IMG/VR virus record: IMGVR_UViG_3300005529_000001
Coordinates: 124,001-188,000 of that record
Reading direction: 5' to 3' (one strand)
DNA length: 64,000 bases
Shown here: positions 9,265 through 18,217 of the stretch, piece after piece
Numbering within the stretch: the first letter of the stretch is position 1
How the letters are laid out: every line of letters starts with the position of its first letter
Translations under genes and position numbers: made by a program
Notes under the pieces: generated by a model
Database searches by the model: none
Told to the model about the DNA's origin: nothing
Seen by the model: the letters and a program-made list of their open reading frames with translations, nothing else

Positions 9265-9491
9265 GGATGCAACGCCTGACGCCCAGATATGTTGGGAACG
9301 TTGCTGAGATCAACGACCTGCAACGCGTCAGGCAGGTGCCACTTGAACTCGCTGCTGCGGTCACCTGTCGTCCACAGGACGAGCCAACTGCCGTTTTCCT
9401 CGCCGATGACCAGCCCCATCAGGTTGGCATCTACGTGCCACCTGACCCTTCTGACGACTAGCTCACCCGGCTTCAGGGAAAGGGCTGCCAC
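9261..9491 (-). CDS. small KOW/SH3-like protein
   Basis: LKPGELVVR...MGLVIG...WLVLW. Confidence 0.6.
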   Translation of the reverse strand: MAALSLKPGELVVRRVRWHVDANLMGLVIGEENGSWLVLWTTGDRSSEFKWHLPDALQVVDLSNVPNISGRQALHP

Positions 9492-9915
9492 TATCGTACG
9501 TATCTGGCCCCTTCGCTGGGTGAGCCGCCGCTAGTTCCCTAGCGACTGCAACGGCTTGTGATTCCATCACCCTGACATCTTGTGCGGCTTGGAAGGCCTT
9601 CCAGTAGAGCCATGAGGCTCTCAGCCCCTGGGTCACTGCGACCAAACCAAGGGCAAACCAGGGGCTGCGGTGAGCAACGAGACAAGCCAGTGTCAGCGCA
9701 ACCATGCTGATGACTGAGCCTGCCGCTGTCCCCCACGCGATCCGACGCTCCCGGTGAGCGTGGGCCGTGTCACGGTAGAACGACAACGCTAGGCCGAAGC
9801 CCACCGCTTCATCCTCAGAGACCTGGTTCCAGTCGACCCTTGAGACCTCATCAGTCATCAGGGCATCGATCTGGATGTCGACGGCTGGGATCTTGACCTC
9901 ACTGCTCACTTGCAT
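9463..9915 (-). CDS. two-TM membrane protein
   Basis: Two hydrophobic helices; start overlaps groEL stop region. Confidence 0.6.
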   Translation of the reverse strand: MQVSSEVKIPAVDIQIDALMTDEVSRVDWNQVSEDEAVGFGLALSFYRDTAHAHRERRIAWGTAAGSVISMVALTLACLVAHRSPWFALGLVAVTQGLRASWLYWKAFQAAQDVRVMESQAVAVARELAAAHPAKGPDTYDSGSPFPEAG

Positions 9916-11548
9916 GCTCCTTGCTGGGCTCATCAAAGATGACAGCGTCCAGCGACAGGAACGTCGTTGCCACGCTGGCGGCGTGCTTCAAAGCTGACCG
10001 GGTCACCTTCACGGGATCGATCACGCCCGCCTTGACGAGGTCCTCGTACTCTCCTGTCGCTGCGTTGTAGCCCAGCTCGTCACCCGCCGCGAGCTCGTGC
10101 TTCTTGTGTTCGAGCTCAGTGAGAATGACGCCGGGAGTTGCACCTGAGTTGCTGACGATCTTGTGCAGCGGGCCGAGGCAGGCCCGGAAGACCGCGTTGG
10201 CTGCCTGGACCTCTTCGGGGTCAACACCCTCAGCCTTGCCAACCTGGCCCTTGACGGCATTGACAGTGTTGAACAGGGCCATGCCGCCGCCGGGGACGAT
10301 CCCCTCTTCCGCGGCCGCTTTGGTCGCATTGAGAGCGTCTTCGATCCTGAACTTCCGCTCTTGCATCTCGATCTCGGTCGCGCCGCCGACGCGGATCACC
10401 GCGACTCCGTTGGCAAGCTTCGCTGCTCTGACACGAAGCTTCGTCAGCTCGTCTTGGGACAACGAGATGTCAGCCATCTGCGTCCGGATCTCTTCGACCC
10501 GAGCCTTGACAGCGTCCTTGGTCTTGCCGGGTCCCACCAACGTTGTCACCTTGGCGTCGGACACCACCTTTGACAGGCTGCCCAGATATTTGCTCTCGAA
10601 CTTGTCAAGCGATGCACCCGTTGCGCTGGAGATCAGCGTGGCCCCCGTCAACACGCAGATGTCTGCTAACAGGTCCTGACGGTGCTGGCCGTAACCGGGA
10701 GCCTTGACGCAAACAACCGGGAGCTTGTTCTGGACACGGTTGATGACGAGACCCGTCATCGCGTCTCCCTCGAAATCCTCCGCAATGAGGAGCAGAGGAG
10801 ACCGGACTTTCATGACCAGCTCTAGGATTGGCATGATGTCCTTGAAGCTTGAGATCTTCTTGTCGGTGATGAGGACCGTCGCGTTCTCATAGACCGCACG
10901 CATCCTCTCGGGATCGGTAACGAAGTACGGAGACACGTACCCGCGGTCAAGCTGCATGCCCTCGACCACCTCCATCGTTGTCTGCATGCCCTTGGCATCT
11001 TCGACAGTGATGACACCGTCACGTCCGACCTGTGCCATCGCATCAGCGATCTGCCTGCCGATGGTCTTGTCACCGTTAGCGCTGATGGTCCCGACCTGAG
11101 CGATCTCGTCGTCAGTCGTCACGGGCTTGGCGTGAGCTCTCAACCCCTCCAAGATCAGGTCAACGGTAGCATTGATGCCTCGGCAAACCGCCAATGGCGA
11201 TGCGCCAGCCTCGACAAGCTTCATCCCTTCCTTGACAAGGGCTTGTGTCAGGACGCTCGCTGTCGTCGTCCCATCACCAGCCACGTCGTTGGTCTGGCTT
11301 GCAGCTTCCCTGACAAGGTCAGCGCCCATCCGAGCGACGGGATCGCTGAGCTTGATCGATTTCGATACCGTCACCCCATCCTTCGTGACAAGGGGTGCCA
11401 TGCCCTGGCGCTGGATGAGGACCGTCTTGCCCCTGGGGCCCAGGGTGCAGCCGATTGCGTCAGCGGCCTTGTTGAGGCCCTCCATCAGCTTTTTACGAGC
11501 TTCGCTACTGAAGATGATCTGCGTTGTTGATTCGCCGGGTAGGTTCAT
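9899..11548 (-). CDS. groEL: chaperonin GroEL
   Basis: TLGPRG, TKDGVTV, AGDGTTT, GANGD-like TISANGD, EGMQLDRGY.SPYF, GGATEIE, IVPGGG, GVIDP.KV. Confidence 0.97.
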   Translation of the reverse strand: MNLPGESTTQIIFSSEARKKLMEGLNKAADAIGCTLGPRGKTVLIQRQGMAPLVTKDGVTVSKSIKLSDPVARMGADLVREAASQTNDVAGDGTTTASVLTQALVKEGMKLVEAGASPLAVCRGINATVDLILEGLRAHAKPVTTDDEIAQVGTISANGDKTIGRQIADAMAQVGRDGVITVEDAKGMQTTMEVVEGMQLDRGYVSPYFVTDPERMRAVYENATVLITDKKISSFKDIMPILELVMKVRSPLLLIAEDFEGDAMTGLVINRVQNKLPVVCVKAPGYGQHRQDLLADICVLTGATLISSATGASLDKFESKYLGSLSKVVSDAKVTTLVGPGKTKDAVKARVEEIRTQMADISLSQDELTKLRVRAAKLANGVAVIRVGGATEIEMQERKFRIEDALNATKAAAEEGIVPGGGMALFNTVNAVKGQVGKAEGVDPEEVQAANAVFRACLGPLHKIVSNSGATPGVILTELEHKKHELAAGDELGYNAATGEYEDLVKAGVIDPVKVTRSALKHAASVATTFLSLDAVIFDEPSKEHASEQ

Positions 11549-11554
11549 GCCCAG

Positions 11555-11584
11555 ATTCTATACCTGGGCAGATCACCTGTTCAG
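11555..11584 (-). promoter_or_regulatory. putative promoter CTGAAC-N18-TAGAAT, leaderless groEL
   Basis: TAGAAT 6 nt before ATG 11548; no SD. Confidence 0.55.
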
Positions 11585-11772
11585 GTGTCAAACAAGATGC
11601 CCAACGTCTGGTTGACTTCTTCCTGCTCCGCAGCAGTGAGGGACTCCGATAGCTTGATGATCTCTTCGTGAATCTTGGCGAATTTGACAGCCCTCGGCGT
11701 TCCCGGGAAAGCTGGACACAGCTCTGTCAGCTCCTTGGTCAGCTTCACCAGCTTCTGAGCGTTTGGGCTCAC
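11581..11772 (-). CDS. hypothetical protein
   Basis: GTG start overlapping upstream TGA. Confidence 0.5.
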   Translation of the reverse strand: MSPNAQKLVKLTKELTELCPAFPGTPRAVKFAKIHEEIIKLSESLTAAEQEEVNQTLGILFDT

Positions 11773-12059
11773 GCCTCGTATTCCTTGGTGACCTTGACGT
11801 AAACGGGTTGGCCCTTGCGCCACGCTACAGCGATGTTTCCCTTCAGGTAATCATCGATCATCGCCATCAAGACCAGCTTCTGTTGCGGGTCATTGGCTTT
11901 GTTAGCGTAGCGGAGCAGCTTGCGTTCCGTGAAGTCGACGACATTACGAAACGAAGACCCGCCGTGTAACTGAAATTCAGTGCAGCGTTCCTTCCTCTCG
12001 GGTAGGTTGGCAGCGTTGCGTGTAGCCATTGCTGGTCTAAGTAGGCCGTCAGCGCTCAT
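11769..12059 (-). CDS. hypothetical protein (start 12059 or 12029)
   Basis: GGAG before ATG 12059; TACTTA 8 nt before ATG 12029. Confidence 0.6.
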   Translation of the reverse strand: MSADGLLRPAMATRNAANLPERKERCTEFQLHGGSSFRNVVDFTERKLLRYANKANDPQQKLVLMAMIDDYLKGNIAVAWRKGQPVYVKVTKEYEA

Positions 12060-12347
12060 GTCATCACTCCGGGTTCAAATGACAACACGCCGGCTTTCCC
12101 GGCGCGTGTCAAGGAATCATGAGCGTTGGTCAACGTTAGGCTAGGTGATGATGTCTCCGAGCGATCCATGACATTACCATTGTAACTCTAAGTAGGGGTG
12201 ACCACCATCACTTTCTTTTTTCTTTGAGTTGCTTCTTGAGCTGTTCTTTGACGCTCTTCTGAGCTTTTTTCATCGCTCGTTTGAGGCTTCCCGCTTTTTT
12301 GATGTCATCCCACTTGAGAAGATCAGCAACGGTAGTATATTGTGTGT

Positions 12348-13904
12348 CTACTCGTCTGCATCCTCGTCGTCCGGGTCTAAAGGGTCACAATCATCCTCAC
12401 CCCCACCTTGCATGGCAACGATAGCATCTTTTAGCTGGTCCGGCGTGATCTCATTAACTTCACCAACATCTCCAAGACTAACTGGTTCGCTTGACGTCGT
12501 CTTAGCTACTGTTGCAGGTCTAGTCGCTATCGCAGCTTTCACGACGGAGATCATCCGTTGTATGCCGTCATCATCTTCATCGCGGTATTTCTCGAGCTTC
12601 TTGACCCGCGTTGCTAGCTCCCTGACGCTATCTGCGGCATCTTCTTTGTTCAGGTACGTACGCCTGACAACATACTCGTTGACAAACGCGATGGGCCAGT
12701 CCTTGACCAGGTCAAAGCCATCAGCGTAATCCCCAAGCACGTGCTGGACGACTTCTTCATCCATCTTGTCAATCAAAACCAGCTCATCGATGCGTCCAGG
12801 ACGGAGCAAAGCATCATCGAGCTTTTTCTTGTTGTTGACAGTGACGATGACCAGCTTCACCTTTTCTTGGAAGTACTCGAGCGTCTCGAGCAGCTGCGCT
12901 TGGTGATGTGTCCGATCAAAATCATCCAAGATGACAGCGTCAGGTTGGAAGATATTGAGGGCCTCGAACAGGGTCGAGTTGTCGAGCTGGCCCAGGTCTG
13001 CGATGCGGATCCGGAACGACCTCAGCCCCATCAGTTCTACGATCGTGCGGGCAAGCGTGGACTTGCCGGTCCCGGGCGGGCCGTAAAACATCACGCTCCT
13101 GGGCACCCCCGCCGCGAGAGGTTTCTTCAGGTACGTTGCGTAATCAACAGCACGCTTGGATTGCTTGGACTCGAACGCGTCATCTTCTTCAAAGACGACA
13201 CGTGCTTCGTTGTCCTTCAAAACGAGCCGGTTGTTCTTCCGCATCACCAAGCTCTTCCCCTCGAACTGTTCCCACAACAGCTTCTTGATGAAAGTCTTTG
13301 CTTCATCTACCCGTTCGGTCTCGACGTAGATGCTGTCAACCAGATGCAGCCGGCCCGTGTATTGCCAACCGATCTTGATGCCATTGGGCAATGCCAACAA
13401 CCTAATGAACGTGTTTTCTTCTGACGTCTTGATCTTCTCGTATGGGAACTTCTGGAGCACGTGGAGCAATGTCTGGGTGAAGTCCTGGCTGTAGGGCTCG
13501 GTCCACTCATCACCAGCGAAGTAATCTTCATTGTACGTCTCAACGTCTTCGACCATCAGCTTGCCCATGCTGAACGTGGCCTTACCTGCCGTCCACCATG
13601 ATGGCTTGTCAAGGAATGGCGTTGCGGCCTCAAACAGCTGGGTTCCCAACGCAAACGCTCGCTTGACCTTGTGCATGCTGAGGAAACGCCTGACCTCTTC
13701 GACCAGGGGCATCTCTTTCACTACCTTGAGCAGGTCTTCTTCTTCGTTTGGCATCAAACCACCGCTGTTTTTCGTTTCGCTGGGCGTAGCATACTTTTCG
13801 TTTTCAAGCTTGTCTTTCATTCGTTCGATTAACCGATCAGCTTCAATTTCAGCCTCAGCCTGATCGAGCAACTCCTTTCGAAACTTCTCCCAGTCAGTTC
13901 CCAT
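12348..13904 (-). CDS. classical-clade AAA+ ATPase
   Basis: Walker A GPPGTGKS, Walker B VILDDFD, SRH LDDALLRPGRID. Confidence 0.9.
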   Translation of the reverse strand: MGTDWEKFRKELLDQAEAEIEADRLIERMKDKLENEKYATPSETKNSGGLMPNEEEDLLKVVKEMPLVEEVRRFLSMHKVKRAFALGTQLFEAATPFLDKPSWWTAGKATFSMGKLMVEDVETYNEDYFAGDEWTEPYSQDFTQTLLHVLQKFPYEKIKTSEENTFIRLLALPNGIKIGWQYTGRLHLVDSIYVETERVDEAKTFIKKLLWEQFEGKSLVMRKNNRLVLKDNEARVVFEEDDAFESKQSKRAVDYATYLKKPLAAGVPRSVMFYGPPGTGKSTLARTIVELMGLRSFRIRIADLGQLDNSTLFEALNIFQPDAVILDDFDRTHHQAQLLETLEYFQEKVKLVIVTVNNKKKLDDALLRPGRIDELVLIDKMDEEVVQHVLGDYADGFDLVKDWPIAFVNEYVVRRTYLNKEDAADSVRELATRVKKLEKYRDEDDDGIQRMISVVKAAIATRPATVAKTTSSEPVSLGDVGEVNEITPDQLKDAIVAMQGGGEDDCDPLDPDDEDADE

Positions 13905-14103
13905 GTTGGCCCTCGGTTAGTCTCCGTTTCGGTGCGTGAGTAGCCACGGTCACCGTGATGATAGCGTCAGGTCCCACGAGCTCGAAGCCACGACGAATCG
14001 CGTCAACGACCCGCTGGATCGTGACCCGAGCATCAGCACCGCCGACCTTTAGGGTCAGGGTGCTGACGGCATCATACTGTTCGACGTGCGGCGCCTCACT
14101 CAT
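13894..14103 (-). CDS. hypothetical protein
   Basis: Fills gap between NRDE and AAA with overlapping ends. Confidence 0.45.
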   Translation of the reverse strand: MSEAPHVEQYDAVSTLTLKVGGADARVTIQRVVDAIRRGFELVGPDAIITVTVATHAPKRRLTEGQHGN

Positions 14104-14869
14104 TGGTTCCAAGCAAACGACCAGCAAGCGTCAGACTGGTTTGCTGACAAGCAGGTCCTTCCTTGTACCAGTACTCCGCAACCCCTTGATTGGACACGGT
14201 GATGAGGGAGGAGCTGACGGTGCCAAAGCTGTGTTCGTCAGCATGGACGCAAATAGCCTGGAACGGATCGTCTTTTGCTTGCCTGTGCGAGAAGTGAGAG
14301 GCGAGCGTGATGCACAGGCGCGTGCAGACCGTCTGGATGTCACCCACATATGGGTCCATCGTCAGGCTCCATGCCATTCGCTTTGTCCACTCTGTCTTCT
14401 CAGCGTACCGGTCTCCCCAGCAGTCATTGCTGATGACATTGAAGCCCGTTGGCATGGGCTGCATCTCGACGGATTGACCTTCTAACACTCGCGTCAGGAA
14501 CATCGCACCCGGCCTGCCAAAGACCAAGTTGAATGGGTTAAACCACTTTGGGTTAAGCTCTGACAGGATCCTCGCGGCTGCGGTGTGGTTTCCACACTCC
14601 AATAGCTGGCGAACCACCTGGCCTCGCGACAGCTTATTGTCGTCATGGTGACCATCATCCTGGTTGGTGATGCCAACGAACCACCCGCCATCCCCCACCC
14701 CGATCCACGTGCCTCCCCTGACCTCATCAATCGGTGCGATGTAGTTGCGACCCGGGATCGTCAGCAGTTGGGGTGCTAACGATCTCCTTCCGTACAGCTC
14801 GTCACGGTTGGCCGCGACGATCAGCGGGTAACCAGGAACAACTTCGTCAAGGACGATGAGCGTACACAT
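14096..14869 (-). CDS. NRDE/TANGO2-family Ntn hydrolase
   Basis: MCTL, AANRDE, GGTWIG, ITN, SRG. Confidence 0.9.
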   Translation of the reverse strand: MCTLIVLDEVVPGYPLIVAANRDELYGRRSLAPQLLTIPGRNYIAPIDEVRGGTWIGVGDGGWFVGITNQDDGHHDDNKLSRGQVVRQLLECGNHTAAARILSELNPKWFNPFNLVFGRPGAMFLTRVLEGQSVEMQPMPTGFNVISNDCWGDRYAEKTEWTKRMAWSLTMDPYVGDIQTVCTRLCITLASHFSHRQAKDDPFQAICVHADEHSFGTVSSSLITVSNQGVAEYWYKEGPACQQTSLTLAGRLLGTNE

Positions 14870-14872
14870 GGC

Positions 14873-15430
14873 TCAGTCTTCGTCGTCACTGTTATCATCA
14901 CTCTCGTGGAGATCGTCGGCGGTGAAGACGGGGGCCTCGGCGGTGGGCTTCAGCACGATTTCACACCAAGTCAGCGTGCCCTCATTGATGAAGAAGTGAG
15001 CAGTCTGAAGCACAATGTCCTCGCCATCATTGTTGTCATCACCGAAGGTGATGCTGCACTCGGCAGTGCCCTGAAGGCATGGGACGACCTTCTCGATAAA
15101 GATCGGAAAGAAGGTGTTCGCCGCGATCGCATCGTAATCGTCATCTGACCAATCGATGGTGTTGAGCTCGAGGCGAGTCGCGGCTTTCTTCCCGAGCTTG
15201 GAACCGCACTCACGGCAAAACTTAGCGTTGCCGTAGCTCTGGGTGCCGCAGTGACACTTGATCTTTTCCTTCGTGTTCTGGTCAGCCTCGTCTTCCAGGT
15301 CCGCGAGGAAGCAGTTCTGGGGGAGCTCGTGAGAGTACTTCTTGAGCAAGCGTTTCACATCGTTCGGGTCGATGGTGAGGTTAGCTTGTTCGGGGTTTAA
15401 CCAGGTGACGTTATCGATCCTTGTGGTCAT
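14873..15430 (-). CDS. acidic protein with zinc ribbon
   Basis: CHCG...FCRECG. Confidence 0.6.
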   Translation of the reverse strand: MTTRIDNVTWLNPEQANLTIDPNDVKRLLKKYSHELPQNCFLADLEDEADQNTKEKIKCHCGTQSYGNAKFCRECGSKLGKKAATRLELNTIDWSDDDYDAIAANTFFPIFIEKVVPCLQGTAECSITFGDDNNDGEDIVLQTAHFFINEGTLTWCEIVLKPTAEAPVFTADDLHESDDNSDDED

Positions 15431-16380
15431 GTCGGTGTCTCCTTGCGGACGTCATAAGCGTTCATCAGTCGTTTGCCAAGGTCACGCAAGAACGCGGGAC
15501 CGTACCTCAGGTTTCCTGTCGCTTCGAGGTCACGTTCCAAGAACTCGGGCAGGACCTCATCTTGGTGACGAGCGGACGCGATTCCCCAAGCGATTGATGC
15601 AACGCTGTCAGTGTCACCTCCCCAATCGATGACCTGGCGCATGATCCCCATCAGGCTGTCCTGCGTTGTCAGGAGGGTGTGGACCGCCCAAGCAGTGTTC
15701 ATGCCCACATCATAGGGAGAAGCCTTCACATTGCCAGCGACTGGGCCCACCCAAGGCTCACGGAAACGCTCGAAGACTGGCAGCTGGGTTACCAACCAGC
15801 TCGACAAGCTGGTGAAGTCTCGACGGTCATAGAGGGCATAGTGAGACATCAAGGCGACAGCAACAGCTGATGTCACGCCCTCGTACGTTGCATGTGTGGT
15901 GCCGGCTTGACGCATCGCCATTGTTTTGACCCACTCAGGGTCTGGGATGACCCCGAGGGGCACGCTTCGCATTGCCGCGCCGTTTTTAGTCGAGTCAGGC
16001 TTGAGCGTCAACCGGAGCTCATCACTCGTTTCCACCGACTCAAGGATCGCCTGGAACTTGCGGCTGTACCCGTCACGAGGGTCACGTTTGAACGCGTAAA
16101 ACCATGCTTCGACAAAGTCTTCGTGTTTCGCGGTCCGACCTTTGGTGAGCAGGAGCTCCGCCAGAGCGGCTGACATCTGGGTGTCATCAGTGTACATGCC
16201 CGGTCGTAGCTTGGTGTGGGTCGGGTGCTGCAGGTACCGTTCGAATTTACGTGCTTCAACATACAGCTCGGGCTTCTCTTTCTCCTTGACGTACTCGACG
16301 CAAGCAGCGTATGCATCTGCTTGCGCGATCCGGAGCAGCATGTTGTCGTTACGGTACCTCACTTGCCCTCTCGATGCCAT
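15427..16380 (-). CDS. ADP-ribosylglycohydrolase (ARH/DraG family)
   Basis: YTDDTQM, NGAAMR..PLG, GGDTDS.A.IA. Confidence 0.9.
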   Translation of the reverse strand: MASRGQVRYRNDNMLLRIAQADAYAACVEYVKEKEKPELYVEARKFERYLQHPTHTKLRPGMYTDDTQMSAALAELLLTKGRTAKHEDFVEAWFYAFKRDPRDGYSRKFQAILESVETSDELRLTLKPDSTKNGAAMRSVPLGVIPDPEWVKTMAMRQAGTTHATYEGVTSAVAVALMSHYALYDRRDFTSLSSWLVTQLPVFERFREPWVGPVAGNVKASPYDVGMNTAWAVHTLLTTQDSLMGIMRQVIDWGGDTDSVASIAWGIASARHQDEVLPEFLERDLEATGNLRYGPAFLRDLGKRLMNAYDVRKETPT

Positions 16381-16667
16381 TTCTCAAAGAGCTGGAACTT
16401 TTGGCTTGTCCTGAACCAAATCTCTTTTCGCTCTTCGAGAGTCATGTTACATTCTTGGAAGAAAGCAAGCGCCGCTTGTAAATCGCCTATCTCTTCGACG
16501 AGCTTCTTTCGCAGGTTGCTACCGTCGTAGTGGTTCGGGTCACCGTGGCTGCCGATCAGCTTGCCCAAGACCTGGCCCAGCTCGTCTTTCTCTTCGACGA
16601 GCTTGCCAAGCCCAGTCCAGATCTGGCTACCGATCGAGAAGTCGCCGTTTCCCTTCACGTCGTTCAT
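16359..16667 (-). CDS. MazG-like all-alpha nucleotide pyrophosphatase
   Basis: KLVEE.DEL.Q...K and EEIGDL acidic motifs. Confidence 0.65.
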   Translation of the reverse strand: MNDVKGNGDFSIGSQIWTGLGKLVEEKDELGQVLGKLIGSHGDPNHYDGSNLRKKLVEEIGDLQAALAFFQECNMTLEERKEIWFRTSQKFQLFEKWHREGK

Positions 16668-16765
16668 GGCGCGATCCGACAAGCGATGGCGATCGCAATG
16701 ATGACAATGCAGACCATCGTCCAGCCCGGGTACGTCCTGATAACGTCAACTAACGCGTTTTTCAT
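16664..16765 (-). CDS. 33-aa membrane peptide
   Basis: Own translation MKNALVDVIRTYPGWTMVCIVIIAIAIACRIAP; GGAGG upstream; ATGA overlaps at both ends. Confidence 0.45.
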   Translation of the reverse strand: MKNALVDVIRTYPGWTMVCIVIIAIAIACRIAP

Positions 16766-17205
16766 CCCCACCTCCTGTGGCCCCTACGATTCTTTTCTAC
16801 GTTGCCCTCAAGTACATCATTGAGGCACTCAGCGGCAGTGTCCCAGATGTCATAGGTGCGGCTGAGGCGGTTGTACTTCCATTCCTGTGTCCGACGATCG
16901 TCTTCGTCAGGACAAATGCGTGAGAGCTCCTCGTTGAGCCAGTAACCCAATGCAACAAGGGACTTCATGTCAGGGCTGGGCGAGTAGGTCTCGGGCCGGC
17001 CGACCATCCACGGCGCGAACAAACGATCGACGTCAGCTTCGACTGTTTGGCGGATCTTCGCTGCTGTGTACTGCTTCTCTTCGAGAAGCTTCTTCCAACA
17101 AGCGCATTTCACAGTCGCCAGCATGCTACACTGGCCACACGTGTGTTGGATCCCTTTTTTGTTGTGGATGCACTCGGGATCAGTGCACCATGTCTGTTCA
17201 GGCAT
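16762..17205 (-). CDS. Cys-rich hypothetical protein
   Basis: Start MPEQTWC; N-terminal Cys cluster. Confidence 0.55.
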   Translation of the reverse strand: MPEQTWCTDPECIHNKKGIQHTCGQCSMLATVKCACWKKLLEEKQYTAAKIRQTVEADVDRLFAPWMVGRPETYSPSPDMKSLVALGYWLNEELSRICPDEDDRRTQEWKYNRLSRTYDIWDTAAECLNDVLEGNVEKNRRGHRRWG

Positions 17206-17419
17206 TGTCTTTGAAAGGGTCCTCGATCGGTCCCCACCAACGTGTGAGCGGAGCAGTGAACTTCTCAACCGGGATGAAGTCCTCAATCTCGTTGACGTAA
17301 ATGCTGGGAGGATTACCGTCATCAAAGCAGTCCACGTAGAACCACTCGGGCGTCCTTCCATCGCCGCGATCTCTTAGCCACCAACCTTCCGAGGTGGGCA
17401 GCTTGGTTTCGCTAGCCAT
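17198..17419 (-). CDS. hypothetical protein
   Basis: Operon-coupled ORF LPTSEGWW...WWGPI. Confidence 0.55.
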   Translation of the reverse strand: MASETKLPTSEGWWLRDRGDGRTPEWFYVDCFDDGNPPSIYVNEIEDFIPVEKFTAPLTRWWGPIEDPFKDNA

Positions 17420-17637
17420 CAGCCACCCGTGTTGCCGACGTTGCCCGCGTCCTCGGGATCTTCCTTGGTCATGACAACCTGGTAGACACCACCATCGAGG
17501 TAGAGCTTGGCAACGTTTGGAGTCGAGTGGACAAAGTAGTGGTCCTGCGGCGACTCGCCCTTTGCCCTGGCGAGGAGGCTCAGGGCTGCTGTCAACTGGA
17601 TGAAGACGTTTGTTACGTCGGGAATCTTCTTGCTCAT
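17419..17637 (-). CDS. hypothetical protein
   Basis: Start MSKKIPDV, coupled to neighbours. Confidence 0.5.
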   Translation of the reverse strand: MSKKIPDVTNVFIQLTAALSLLARAKGESPQDHYFVHSTPNVAKLYLDGGVYQVVMTKEDPEDAGNVGNTGG

Positions 17638-17641
17638 GTTT

Positions 17642-18217
17642 TCACTTGGTTGTCTTGGTCGGAGTCGCTGACGGCGTGACCCGAGCGGGGCACTCACGTG
17701 CTTCAAGGCGGAACGGCGACACCATGACGCGGGGCTCGATGTAAACGGGCTTGGTCTCGTCACCGTTCGGGTCCTTCAACAGGACCCAGGTCCCCTCGGC
17801 AGCGGCAGGCATGAAGAGACCATTGGGCTCAGCTTGGGGCATCTGCTGCCAGCTCCATCCACCCCCATTTAGGCTCATCCTCTCCCACTTGGTGGGCGAC
17901 GAGTACTGCGTCGCGTATGGGAGGCCATAGCCCACCGACGGCCCGATGTAAACGAGGCACCCCTGCATCTCATTGACGATGTAGGTGTGTGTTGCAATCG
18001 CCTTGTCACGGAGCTCGTAGATGTCCTTCGCCATCCGCATCTCTTGAAACTTGACCACAGCCGGCATTCCTACCTGCTTAGAGGCTTCTTCCAGCGATTG
18101 AGCTTGCTGGGCAGCGATTTTCTGGTCTGTGGTGGGAGGCGGTTCCTCGCAACCCGGCAAGGCGATGAAGCCTGCGATCAAGCACACTGCGATTACACCA
18201 TACACTTCGCGGATCAT
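17642..18217 (-). CDS. phage-type lipoprotein
   Basis: LPGC lipobox-like; GYGLPYATQY and QAEPNGLF..AEGTW. Confidence 0.7.
   Translation of the reverse strand: MIREVYGVIAVCLIAGFIALPGCEEPPPTTDQKIAAQQAQSLEEASKQVGMPAVVKFQEMRMAKDIYELRDKAIATHTYIVNEMQGCLVYIGPSVGYGLPYATQYSSPTKWERMSLNGGGWSWQQMPQAEPNGLFMPAAAEGTWVLLKDPNGDETKPVYIEPRVMVSPFRLEARECPARVTPSATPTKTTK

Noticed and set aside
10021-11615. Long antisense or alternate-frame ORFs over groEL (and similar ones over AAA, CCA, 47615-49111)
   Set aside because: Shadow ORFs of GC-rich codon bias with no motifs or start signals, lying over clearly conserved genes
12208-12350. Lys-rich open frame after the AAA gene as a frameshift or readthrough extension
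   Set aside because: No slippery site recognised; at best a 21-aa peptide from ATG 12273 with no RBS
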